A stretch of 64,000 bases of DNA from Azolla caroliniana (Eukaryota; Plantae; Polypodiophyta). The DNA is taken from the NCBI GenBank assembly GCA_043228905.1, contig JBHGNT010000014.1, positions 13,516,001 to 13,580,000 on the forward strand, in the 5' to 3' direction. Positions 37,601-48,700 of this stretch are shown here, in pieces (the first letter of the stretch is position 1; each line of letters begins with the position of its first letter). The notes beneath the pieces are model-generated. The model saw only the letters and a list, made by a program, of their open reading frames with translations. It ran no database searches and was not told the DNA's origin. The position numbers and the translations under genes were made by a program.

Positions 37601-39013
37601 GGGCCTCTCCGGTCCGAACTCTTCTTCGAATCGACATTGTCGGTTCCTTTCTCTTTCCGGAAATTCCGACAATTCTTCTGGAAGTGCCCCGGCTTCCCAC
37701 AGTAGAAACAAGTAGGCCTCCCCCTTGACTTCGACCTCGCCCCCGATTTGTCCCGGTTTTGGGGACTCTGATACCAGCCTCTTCCCCGGTTTTGGTCCTC
37801 TTCCGTGACCAAGGCCTTCAGATCGGTTCCTGACTCCTGGTCCTTCTGGTGAGCTTCTTCATTCAGCAGGCTTGATTTTACCCTTGCTAGGGACAACTGC
37901 TTTCCTTCTGGCCCGGCGTTGCCCAACATGACAACTAGCGTCTCCCAACTATCCGGGAGGGAACCAAGCAGGAGTAATGCAAGTACCTCATCGGCAAGAG
38001 GTACTTCCAACAAGGTTGCCTGGTGGATCAGTCCCTGGAAGGCATTCATGTGCTCCGCCATACTAGAGTCGTCCTGGTACCGGAGCCTCAATAGCTTCCA
38101 GAATACTGAAAAGAGAGATGATGATAGAAAAGAGAGAGAAGGAAGATATAGAAACCCAAATCTACAAAGATATATTAATAAGGAGTGATGATCATAGAAA
38201 CAAGAGAAAGAAGATACATAAACTCAAGCCTACAAGGATGAATTGATCACTAGAAAAAACGCACTACATGAATAGGCAAGAAAAACCCCACAAGAAAAAG
38301 GCCCCTTTTCACCACCTCACCCTTCTTGCTTTATATGAAGTTCTCCTCTAGTAGATAAGTTTCGCTTGCTTTCTTTTCCACGCTTTTTTTAGAGCTTTTC
38401 CATCTCCTATTCTTAGCTATGACACAACGATCTTCTAATCGTCATATCTCCCTCATCCATGCTCCAAATTTAGAGTTTTAAAAAGCTACGGATAGCTCTC
38501 GTCATAAGCTTTATAACCCATATTTACGCGTGATATTTGGGTGTCAAACGAGAGAGTTATGAGCATTTGTTTCTGACTGCGTTTTGGTGGTCTGCTTTTT
38601 CTCTTTTTAACTTTTCTCCATCTTTATTGCTTTTATTTGGACTTATCCACGAGATGTTAGTTCATGTCCTTGTCCTCCAAATGTGAATCCTCCATACCTT
38701 ATATTCTTTTAGTGTCCAATGGCTTGAATTCTAAAAACAGTTTCACATTTAGCCCTCCCCCTTGCTTCTTGGTGAACCATTTATGGTGAACCCTAAGCTA
38801 CTAATAAAACTAAAGGTTCTCCTTCGCCTTATTCATGGCTATAGACAAAGAAGGAGATAATAAATAAATAAATAAAAACAAATGATGTGAGTAAAACCCC
38901 CACTAGTCGGTAGGAAAAACCTCACACTCCTAATACAAAATAAAATAAAATGGCAATTACACGTATTTATTCTTCTCCTTGCCAAAAAAAAAGAAGAGTA
39001 TTTTCACACTTAT

Positions 39014-42000
39014 CTAATTGAAGAAGCAACATGGGAACAAGTCCACGTTTTGATCTGTGGCATCATCATCAAGCTCTTTATTCACATTATGTAGATATGT
39101 GGGTCCACGATTCAAATATTGCTTTAAACGCCATCCATTTACTCGTAGCTCATGTATCGTGCCATCGATGTCCTTGAGTTGATAACTTCCATTGTCATAA
39201 ACTTCATGCACAACAAAGGGTCCCTCCCATCGGTTCACCATTTTTTGACCTTTGATGTTGTCAAAACGGTTGTCATAACGAAGAACTAATGACCCTTTAA
39301 GAAATGTTTCTAATCTTGCTTTTTTATCATAATATTGTTTCCTCCTCAACGCTTGTTGTAAGTAGTGCTCTACCGCTTCTTCTCTTGAATATTGCAATAC
39401 ATGATTGTGTGCTAATCGATCCTCCATAGCACTTTCTCCATCACGACACGAAGCTTGCATAAGTCGATTACTTCGCACTTGTAGTTCAATAGGAAATAAA
39501 GCCTCTTGTCCATACACTAAAAAGAATGGGGTAAAACCCGTGGATAACTTAAAGGAAACACGGTATGCCCAAATAGCATCATCAAGAAATTTATCCCATG
39601 TTCTCATTTTATCATTAACAAGTTTTTGGAGATTTTTAACCAAAATACCATTCACCTTCTCCACTGCACCATTAGCTTGAGGATAGTATGGGGTAGAGTA
39701 CCTATGCTTTATCTTCAACTTCTCTAATAAGTAAGCCAATACTTCACCACGAAAACTTGGACCATGATCAGATACAATCTCTAATGGTACACCAAATCTC
39801 GTACAAATATTACGGTAGATAAATTGAGCCACGTCCTTAGATTTGATTGAAGAAGTTGTCGCTACTTCCGCCCACTTGGTCATGTAATCAATTGCTACCA
39901 AGATATATTCCTTACCATGTTGGGTCTTTGGAAGAGGACCTACCGCATCGATTCCCCACTTCTCGAACGGAGCAAAAACCGCGATCGGATGTAAAGGACC
40001 CACACGAAGATGTCTACGTCCCGCCTTTTGGCATGCATCACAAGATTTGCACCACTCGTGAATGTCTTTATGGATGGTAGGCCAAGTAAAACCTGTTAAC
40101 ATAATCTTTCGCAACATGATGTCATGAGAAAAATGACCTCCACAAGCCTCCTCATGCATCTTCCTTAGGATCTCTACAATCTCCTCTTTAAGGGGCACCC
40201 TTCTTAGAATATCATCCTTGCCTTTATGATACAAATCCTTACCAACCACTACATATTGAGAAGATCTTGATACCAACCTTCTTCTCTGTAACCTATTAAG
40301 ATCCTTGGGGAAAACACCATCGTTAAGAAGCTCTTGTATCTCTAAGAGGGACTCTGCACCCTTACATTCTTCTAAAATACATACAGGTTCCCCTTTAATC
40401 TTCACTAATTGTTCTTGAGCAAGCGCATCAGCCTCTTTATTGTCCACACGACTTACATGTTTTACTTGTACTTTAGTAAATGACTTCATTAAGCTAAGTG
40501 CCTCCTTATAGAAGCCACGTAATCCATCACTTTGACATTTCCACATACCTTGAATTTGTTTGACAATTAATAGGGAATCACCTTTGATGATTAATCTTTT
40601 GATTGCCCTAGCTTTACAAAGTCGTAAGGCAAAGCACAAGGTCGCGTATTCTGCTTCATTGTTGGTGTTGACATTGGGAAGCGAAATCCCTTCAGCGTGT
40701 ACCACCTCTCCATTGGGGTTTCTTAATATAAAGCCTCCAACCGCTAAATTTGTTGCCTTTCGGTAAGCACCATCAAAGAACAATGTGAAAGCATCTTCTA
40801 TATCTGGTTCGGGAAGGGCATCTCTTAGCTTTAGTAAATCTTCCTCATGAAGACTCTCTCTATAAGTGAGAAGATCCGCCAATTCCGCACGCATAGTGGA
40901 CTCAAGCCTAACTTCAAAATCAAACTCGACCAATAGAAGAGCCCACTTTGTAATTCTAGATGATACATTTACATGTTGTAGTACATAGGGGAGTAGTGAC
41001 ATACTAGTGATTATTACAAAGTGTTGAGGGATAAGAAAGCTCCTAAACTTTTGACATGCATATGTAAGAGCTAACACCCACTTTTCCACATCCATAAAGG
41101 TTTTTTCCACATCACTTATGGCTCTACTTATATAATAAATAGGATGCATTAGCTTATTATGAGGATCTTGTTGCATGAGAATAGAGCCAATAGCATGAGA
41201 GCTAACACTAAGAGAAAGAAAGAATGTAGAATTTCTATCTGGTGGCTTAAGAATAGGGGTTTTAGCTAATAGCTCTCTAACCCTATCAAATTTTTCTTGC
41301 ATAAAAGGATTCCACACAAAAATATTAGTGCGAAGGATGACTCGAAAAGGATAAAGGGCTTGGGCTAGCATGTGGATAAATCTCTCAAAGTATCGCACCT
41401 TTTGAACAAAAACCTCCAAGGACTTAATATCTTTCGGATACGGTAAACTTTCAATCACTTTGATCTTTGAGGGATCCACCTTAATTCCTTGAAGAGACAC
41501 CACATGTCCAAGCATCGCCACCTCTTTTTCTCCAACATGGCACTTTTCGGGGTTGAGTTGTCCTTTACATTCATCAAGACGTTTGAAAGCCGCTCGCACC
41601 TTCTCTAGATGACCAATCCTTGTACTATAGATGGCAAAATCATCTATAAACACCCTTACAAATTTTCCAAAAAAGGGTTGAAAAACATGTATAGCCAAAC
41701 GATTGAAAGTAAACACCGCATTGGTTAAACCAAAGGGCATACACTTATAAGCAAAACAACCCCAAGGTGTTATGAAGGTTGTCTTTCTTTGATCCTCCTC
41801 TGCGATTCTTATTTGAAAATAGCCGGAATACCCATCACATACCGTGTACATCTCATGCCCCGCAATTTCATCCAAAATCTCATCTTGAAAAGGAAGTGGA
41901 AAGTGATCCCGCTTCGTAGCTGCATTCAAAGGTTTGAAGTCGACACAAACTCGCCATTTTCCATTCTTCTTAGGAACCACCACAACGGGGGACACCCACT

Positions 42001-42802
42001 CCGAATCCTCCACGGGGTATATGAAACCAGCCCTCAACAAAGCTTTAACCTCCTTTAATAGAGCCTCCTTTTGGACAGTCCCCAACCGACGAAGCTTTTG
42101 GGCAACCGGTTCACTTCCCTCCTTCAACTTGATTTGGTGTTTAATGACATCCACTCCTCTAATCTGCGAATAGTCATTTATAAATAACCTCGGAAACTCA
42201 GAAAGTAGGGAAACAAACCTTTGTCGATCTTCTCCTTGAATATCTTTGGAAATCATCTTCTCTCGTTGTTCAAGGGTGATGGTTTCTTCCTCTTTATTGT
42301 CTTCTTTCTCCTCCTTGGATATCACATATGATGTTGTCTCCTCCCAATCCGATGAAGTACTATCACTTGCACTACTCTCTTCTTCATACTCACTATCAGA
42401 TGAGTTGTTCTCCCTTGCACCCTTGATCACTCGTTGAAGACGCATGTCGTAGACAATGTTGACACTCTCGGAGGGTGCCAAAGTCATCAACCCATTACTC
42501 CAATCCTGAATTACATTTAGTTCTTGCATCCAAGGTCTTCCCAACACCAAGGAATAAGAGGGTCCCTTAAGGGGAATAACATGGAAATCCATAGAAATAC
42601 ATATACCAAAACACTCAAGGATAACATCTTCTATAATCCCCATGCAAGGTACTAATCCTCCATCAGCTACAGCTACTTTCGCAGATGAACTTTTACAAAT
42701 AGGAATACCAAGTTTACTTATAAGGACTTCTGAGATAAGACTTATTCTAGCACCACTATCCACTAAAGCATCCTTAACTATATAACCTTTTATAGATACC
42801 GG
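39014..42802 (-). CDS. E pol: protease, RT, degenerate RNase H, additional RNase H, integrase (uninterrupted frame)
   Basis: LVDSGA, CDGYSGY, FIDD, FFDGAYRK...TNNEAEY...KGDSLL...NKEADALA, HEEACGGH...CDAC, DHGPSF...VE, EGPF. Confidence 0.93.
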   Translation of the reverse strand, partial: PVSIKGYIVKDALVDSGARISLISEVLISKLGIPICKSSSAKVAVADGGLVPCMGIIEDVILECFGICISMDFHVIPLKGPSYSLVLGRPWMQELNVIQDWSNGLMTLAPSESVNIVYDMRLQRVIKGARENNSSDSEYEEESSASDSTSSDWEETTSYVISKEEKEDNKEEETITLEQREKMISKDIQGEDRQRFVSLLSEFPRLFINDYSQIRGVDVIKHQIKLKEGSEPVAQKLRRLGTVQKEALLKEVKALLRAGFIYPVEDSEWVSPVVVVPKKNGKWRVCVDFKPLNAATKRDHFPLPFQDEILDEIAGHEMYTVCDGYSGYFQIRIAEEDQRKTTFITPWGCFAYKCMPFGLTNAVFTFNRLAIHVFQPFFGKFVRVFIDDFAIYSTRIGHLEKVRAAFKRLDECKGQLNPEKCHVGEKEVAMLGHVVSLQGIKVDPSKIKVIESLPYPKDIKSLEVFVQKVRYFERFIHMLAQALYPFRVILRTNIFVWNPFMQEKFDRVRELLAKTPILKPPDRNSTFFLSLSVSSHAIGSILMQQDPHNKLMHPIYYISRAISDVEKTFMDVEKWVLALTYACQKFRSFLIPQHFVIITSMSLLPYVLQHVNVSSRITKWALLLVEFDFEVRLESTMRAELADLLTYRESLHEEDLLKLRDALPEPDIEDAFTLFFDGAYRKATNLAVGGFILRNPNGEVVHAEGISLPNVNTNNEAEYATLCFALRLCKARAIKRLIIKGDSLLIVKQIQGMWKCQSDGLRGFYKEALSLMKSFTKVQVKHVSRVDNKEADALAQEQLVKIKGEPVCILEECKGAESLLEIQELLNDGVFPKDLNRLQRRRLVSRSSQYVVVGKDLYHKGKDDILRRVPLKEEIVEILRKMHEEACGGHFSHDIMLRKIMLTGFTWPTIHKDIHEWCKSCDACQKAGRRHLRVGPLHPIAVFAPFEKWGIDAVGPLPKTQHGKEYILVAIDYMTKWAEVATTSSIKSKDVAQFIYRNICTRFGVPLEIVSDHGPSFRGEVLAYLLEKLKIKHRYSTPYYPQANGAVEKVNGILVKNLQKLVNDKMRTWDKFLDDAIWAYRVSFKLSTGFTPFFLVYGQEALFPIELQVRSNRLMQASCRDGESAMEDRLAHNHVLQYSREEAVEHYLQQALRRKQYYDKKARLETFLKGSLVLRYDNRFDNIKGQKMVNRWEGPFVVHEVYDNGSYQLKDIDGTIHELRVNGWRLKQYLNRGPTYLHNVNKELDDDATDQNVDLFPCCFFN

Positions 42803-43570
42803 TGTCGTGAAGAAAACCGTCCATAGGCGGAATCGGCGCACCAAGGCGTGGGAACCGGTTCTTCACGCGCGCACGCTCCGAGTTGTACATAGAAGCGAAT
42901 TAGGAGGATAATCGGCGGGAACGGGCCCTAACACGAGTGGAGACAAAGACCGCGCGAACAGTCTTTTCGGTCGCGCGCGCGAGCGAAGGGACTGTACGAG
43001 TCGGCGGCGTAACTACGCGGATGCGTGAAGGACGAAGGGAATAGAGCTGACATGACGGCCTGCTCGTCGGCCTATATAAGGAGCAGGAAAGTGTTGTTGC
43101 AGGGATCTCGCGCAGAGAGGACGAAGTGCTGCCGGACCGTTTCTGGACGCTTCTCTCTCTGTCTCCTTCCTTCTTGAGCTCCATAGCTTTCTGTGCAAGG
43201 TTCCGAGGAGGCTTGCGCTGTTTCGAGGAACGCCCGAGTGCTTCCGGCAGCACCTCCGACCGGCTACCCCTTTTGCGTCGAAGCGAACAGGCATCGGCAT
43301 CTGTTCGCCGGCCTGCTCGGTTGTAACCAACCTGTGCCCCATCGAGGGTTGTAGTCGTGTTAGCCATTCTTGATATATATATTTAGTCATTCGCATCTGT
43401 CTGTGTCGGTGTTCGTTCGCGTTCTCCGTGCTGAAGGGCCGTGTCCCTGTGTATTCCCGGTCCTGCGTAGCCGGTTCTCTCTCTTTCTCCTCCCTCGCTT
43501 GCTCTTTGGTTCGAGACCCCCGCGGTCCCGCCTCGTTTCCACACGCACTTGCGTAAAAACTCGACATCTT

Positions 43571-43587
43571 TGGTGAACCCGACGTGA
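43571..43587 (+). other. A2 PBS (tRNA-Trp)
   Basis: TGGTGAACCCGACGTGA, 4 nt after the 5' LTR. Confidence 0.85.
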
Positions 43588-43610
43588 AAGAGGCGGCAGA
43601 AGAGCAGAAG

Positions 43611-45737
43611 ATGAGGGGGTCGGATCTTGCGGAGGCCATGGCTTCGGCCGTGGATCGGATTGTAAACGCGCGCGAGGGCACCGGTGCCCTCGACAGAGCT
43701 ATTGAGGCGGTCGTCGGCACGATCGGCCGGTTCGATGGGAAGGATGCCACGAAGTATTTGGCGTCCTACGGTGCAGAGATGCTGATGCGGGACATTCCGG
43801 AAGGAAGGCGTCTTGCCGGATTTCCCCGAGTGGCAATGCCGAGCATCCATGCGGAGGTGCTCGAGGTGCGGGCGGAGAGCCGTACCTGGGAGGAGTTCGA
43901 AGGTCGGCTCCTAGAGAAATACGGGCTGGACGACGCGCTCCGGCTTTCGAAGCGAAGGTTCATGGAATGGGTGGAGTCCCCGGGGAAGGGAAGAAACGCG
44001 TCGGCGCTCCTCCGGGAGTTCGAGGAAAACTTTGCGCGCCTTTCGGCGCTCGACCGAACCATCCTGGACACGAGCCGGGTCTTGCTGTTTGTCAAGTCGG
44101 TCGACGAGCGGGATCGGGAGCACGTGGGCCTCTTGCTGGAAACTGAAGACGGGCTCACTACCGACTGGGCGGCTGTCAAGAAAGTCTGTGGCCGTTTCGA
44201 CAAACGGCGAGAATGGGCGGATAACGGGGCGACCGGGTCGGGCTCGGTCGCAGCAAGGAAGCTCGAACCAGCGCCACAGGTGCGCAAGGAAGAGACCCGG
44301 GAGTGGTTGGAAACCGGTTCGGCTTCGACCGGCGTAGTCAGAGGCTCGACCGGAGGAGCGGCGCTGGAGGAATTGACGAAGGCGATAAAGGACCTCCAAA
44401 TCGCGCAGGCCCGAAGGGAAGGAGGCGAACCGGCTCGCGACCGACGGCCGGCGGCAGGAAACAGGTGCATGTGGTGCGATGAAGTCGGCCACATTCGGAA
44501 GGACTGCGGCGACTTCGCGGAGGCGCTGAGGAACGGGGTGGTGTACCTGTGGGAAGGACGGGTGCATGCCAGCGACACCCGAAGGGCCCTGAGCCGAAAC
44601 GACGGAAAAGGTGGTATGAAAAGGTTGATGGAAGAGGCGGCGGCCCGGCACGCGGAAACCGTCCACTACTCGGCGTCGGCCGGCATTCGAGTCGGGGGCG
44701 GCGAGGCCCGAAGGGAAAGCAAAGCCGGATTCTGGCCGACGATGCTGGAAGGCCTTGCCGGTGCAAGGCTTAAAGGGGAGGAATCGGACCGTGCGGAGAA
44801 ACGGGTACGGGAGATGACCGGGTGGAGCGACCCGGTCGAGGAAAGGACGGGCTTCGTGGAAGCCGCTTGCCAGAACTACGAGGCTCTGGTAGAAGAGAAG
44901 CGGGTGGGGAGACCTGGGACGACCGGTCCCTCACAACGATACGAGACCCGGTCCGGGCCACGACGGGACGAAGCCGGCGGGGCCGGCACGCAAGATAAAC
45001 CCCAGAAGGGCGGGTACCGTCTGGGGACGGAGATAGAAAGGACCACGGATTTACGAAAGGTCCTGGAGGAACGGATCCTCGACAGCAAGGTGGAGCTGTC
45101 GTTACGAGAGGTGCTGGGAATCGCCAAGAAGGAGTTCCACGACTCCATCGTGGACTTGGTGAAACGGAAGAGGCTGTCGACGGAGACAGAACCGGAAAGA
45201 CCGGTGGAAGTGCGGACGACGCACCTAGACGACATGGCGCTGGGAGACGAGTGGGCAGAAAGCCACTATTCGAGACCACACTGGGCCCGAGCGACCACGG
45301 AGACCCCGGTGAAGATCGGCGATGTCCGGGAACCGGTGATAGCTTTGGTGGACCACGGATCGGAGATCAATTTGATGTCCATGGACTTCTATAAGAAGGG
45401 CAAATGGCCGATCAACACCAAGCACGGGTGGAAAATAAGGGCAGCAACGCGCGCCACCGAGGAACTGCACGGGGCCTGTCCGGATGTGCGAGTCAAGATT
45501 GGCGACGTCGAGATTGACCAGCACTTCTTCGTGCAGGAGACGTCTTCGCATCCGGTCATTCTGGGAGAGCCGTACATCACGGCGGCGCGAATGGAGACCA
45601 AAGTGCTGGACAATGGTTCGGCCTACGCTAGGGTCAAAAGCCAAGACGGGCGCCATTCGGTCCAGTTTCTGACGGTAAGGCCGAACCACGAACGTAACCG
45701 CGATTCCCTCGGTTCCGAAAACCGAGAGGATTTTTAG
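43611..45737 (+). CDS. A2 Gag-protease (708 aa)
   Basis: Open frame with a zinc knuckle, LVDHGSEINL and the C-terminal ILGEPY protease motif. Confidence 0.93.
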   Translation: MRGSDLAEAMASAVDRIVNAREGTGALDRAIEAVVGTIGRFDGKDATKYLASYGAEMLMRDIPEGRRLAGFPRVAMPSIHAEVLEVRAESRTWEEFEGRLLEKYGLDDALRLSKRRFMEWVESPGKGRNASALLREFEENFARLSALDRTILDTSRVLLFVKSVDERDREHVGLLLETEDGLTTDWAAVKKVCGRFDKRREWADNGATGSGSVAARKLEPAPQVRKEETREWLETGSASTGVVRGSTGGAALEELTKAIKDLQIAQARREGGEPARDRRPAAGNRCMWCDEVGHIRKDCGDFAEALRNGVVYLWEGRVHASDTRRALSRNDGKGGMKRLMEEAAARHAETVHYSASAGIRVGGGEARRESKAGFWPTMLEGLAGARLKGEESDRAEKRVREMTGWSDPVEERTGFVEAACQNYEALVEEKRVGRPGTTGPSQRYETRSGPRRDEAGGAGTQDKPQKGGYRLGTEIERTTDLRKVLEERILDSKVELSLREVLGIAKKEFHDSIVDLVKRKRLSTETEPERPVEVRTTHLDDMALGDEWAESHYSRPHWARATTETPVKIGDVREPVIALVDHGSEINLMSMDFYKKGKWPINTKHGWKIRAATRATEELHGACPDVRVKIGDVEIDQHFFVQETSSHPVILGEPYITAARMETKVLDNGSAYARVKSQDGRHSVQFLTVRPNHERNRDSLGSENREDF

Positions 45738-45793
45738 AGAGGACTGCCAAGGCGTGGGGCCGCGACAGTCCGGATGCTCCGGAAAAACCCCAC
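45728..45793 (+). promoter_or_regulatory. Putative -1 ribosomal frameshift signal (G GAT TTT, 6-nt spacer, pseudoknot)
   Basis: S1 GGACTG/CAGTCC (45741-45746/45766-45771), S2 GTGGGG/CCCCAC (45754-45759/45788-45793); the stems are identical in A1. Confidence 0.75.
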
Positions 45794-48700
45794 ATCTGTA
45801 CGATAAAACCGTGTACACTAGGTAGGAAATTTTGCTTCTCCGACAGCGGAGCATGCACGATGGTCGGCATCACCGGCCGAGAGAAAACAAAGACGGAGGG
45901 GAGACTTCGGGCGTGCGGAGTTCTCGGCCCTGACGAAGGGATCAACGGAGCCGTGGAGGCAGTCTCCTTCGACGACACCTTGGGAATGCTGGGGAAGGTA
46001 GTCGAAGAAGACCTTAACGAAGACCGGACGATACCGGTATGTTCCGAAGAAATGTACGAAGTCATCGCGGACTTCGGTCGAGGGCTCGAGTCGGAACGGA
46101 CGGCCCGAGTGAGCACCAAGTACAAGACTGTGGACCGGAAGGTGAGGCCAGTTGCGGCGCCCTTACCGGAGGGCAGCGAATCCCGGATTAAAGGGGTTGC
46201 ATCGGACCCCAGCTTACGAGATCGGGCCTGCATAGGACACACCTTCACCAACGAGACGCTCCGCGAGCTGAAGATCGGTGGGGGCGGGTTCCTACTGCCG
46301 GCGGAGGAAGACCGGTTTCGGAGAATGCTCGGAAGGCACGGGAAAGCCTTCGCATTCTCGCCGGAGGAAATCGGGTGCGTGGACCCGACGATCGTAGAGC
46401 CGATGGTGATATTCACGGTACCGCATGTACCGTGGAATCTCAAGCCAATTTCGGTTCCGAGAGCTCACATCCCGAAGTTGATGGAGCTGTTGAAGCAGAA
46501 AGTTGATATGGGCATTCTCGAGCCGTCGAGCGCCCCGTATTCAAACCGCTGGTTTACCGTACCAAAGAAAAACGGATCATTGCGCTTCATTCAGGACCTG
46601 CAGCCGGTCAATAGGGTGACCATTCGGAACGCAGGGATCGGACCGACCATAGACGAGTTCGCGGAGGCCTTCGCCGGAAGGTCGATTTACTCGGTCGGTG
46701 ATCTATACTCAGGGTATGACCAGTTCCAGCTAGCCGTGGAGAGCAGAGACGTTACGACGATGCGAACTCCCCTCGGCCTAGTGCGGATGTGTACGCTGCC
46801 GCAAGGAGGGACCAACTCGGTGGCCCACATGGTGAATGCGATGAACAAGGTGCTGAGGGACTGCATCCCGAACATCACCATGCCGTTTCTAGACGACATC
46901 CCGATCAAGGGGTGCCCGGTGGAAAAGAAGGACGAGACGGTCGGACCGGACGGATGCCGGCGATTCGTGACGGCGCACATCGACGACTGCGAGAAGGTGC
47001 TGCAAAGGCTAGAGGATGCGAGGCTCACCTTCTCGGGGGAGAAATCAGCCTTCGGGCAGTCGGAAATCATGGTGGTCGGACACTTATGTGGGCCATATGG
47101 CCGGAAACCGTCTCCGGCAAAAGTAGAAGCCATCTCCGCTATGAAGCCCGACTGCAGCTCGGTCACGGAAGTACGAAGATTCCTGGGGGCATGCGCATTC
47201 TACCACATATGGATCCCGCATTACGCCCACGTTGCGGAGCCGCTATACGGATTATTGAGGAAAGGGCGAGGATTCGAATGGCTAGACAAGCACACGGAGT
47301 CGGTCCGGAAGCTGAAGGAGGCTCTTTCGGCAGCACCGGCGCTCCGAAAGGCCGTCTACGGGAAGGGCACTCCAATGTACATAACGGTTGACACGAGTCC
47401 GACCGGAATCGGGTGGGTCGTCAACCAAGAAGACGAGGACGGCAATCGGTTTCCGATCCGATTCGGCGCGAAGGTCCTCAGCGAACGGCAGCGAGGATAC
47501 GCCCAGGTTAAACGCGAACTCTGGGGTATCGTTTCGGCGGTGAAGGCCGACAAGGACTATCTGATCGGGACAGAGGTAATCATAGAGACGGATTGCATGC
47601 CGATTCTCGGCATGATTTCCGGATGCGCGACGCCGGACCTGGCAATGCTCAGGTGGATAGCGTACATCAAGTCCCTGGACCCGGAAATACGACACATTTC
47701 CGGGAAAGACAACGCCATGGCCGACATGCTTTCAAGGGCGAGATTCGATGACGAGGGCGGCATGGTTTCGGAGGACGAAGAGGTCGGCGTGGACTTCTTC
47801 GAGACTGCGTATGTAACAACCGACGGGACAAGCACTCCGGCGCTTAACGACTTCGACGCGAGCAAGTACGACGGGGAGTGGCTGCAGATCGGTGGGTTTT
47901 TGAAGACAATGACGCCTGATGCGTCATGGACGAAGGACGAGGCCAACCGGATCCGGAAGAAAGCGTACCGGTTCTTTCTCCGGGATGGCTATCTATGGAA
48001 ACACCCAAAGAAGAGGGACGGCGCTCCGCCCCGGGTGGTGGCGATGAAGGAAGAACAGGAGGAGCTGCTGACGGCCTACCACGACAGCCCTTGGGCCGGA
48101 CACCGTGGAACTTGGGCCACGTTCGAAAAGATAAAGGAGAAGTACTGGTGGCCGGGACTGTACCAGGACGTGCACCGATTAGTGACAACTTGCGAGAGCT
48201 GTCAGATGCACTCCGTGGTCCGACACCGGGATGAGCTTCACCCTACGTACCCTCCGACCATCCACTTCAAATGGATGGTAGATCTGGTGACGATGCCAAT
48301 GGGGGTAGGACAGATGCGGTACCTGGTCCTAGCACGGGAGGATCTGACGAACCAGGTGGAAGGCCGGGCCCTTCCGAACAAAACGACCGCGGCCGTATGT
48401 CGGTTCCTAATCGAGGACGTGATATGCCGGTACGGGTGCGTCGGGAAGATTGTGGCTGACCGAGGGGAGTTGGACGCCGAAGAAGCCGCGGAACTGTTCG
48501 ACCGGCTGGGAGTCAAGCTCTCGCTCACCACTGCGTACAATCCGGAGGCGAACGGAAAGGTGGAGCGCGGACACGGACCGATCGTCAAGGCGCTGGTTCG
48601 AGCATGCCGAGGCCAAGTCGGAAACTGGCCGCGGCTGCTACCTCATGCTTTGTGGGCAGACCGGACCACGCACAGTTCGGTAACCGGGTACATGCCGACG

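Noticed and set aside
43508-43518. Perfect B-box-like GGTTCGAGACC in the U5 of family A
   Set aside because: No convincing A box at tRNA spacing; not counted among the Pol III cassettes.
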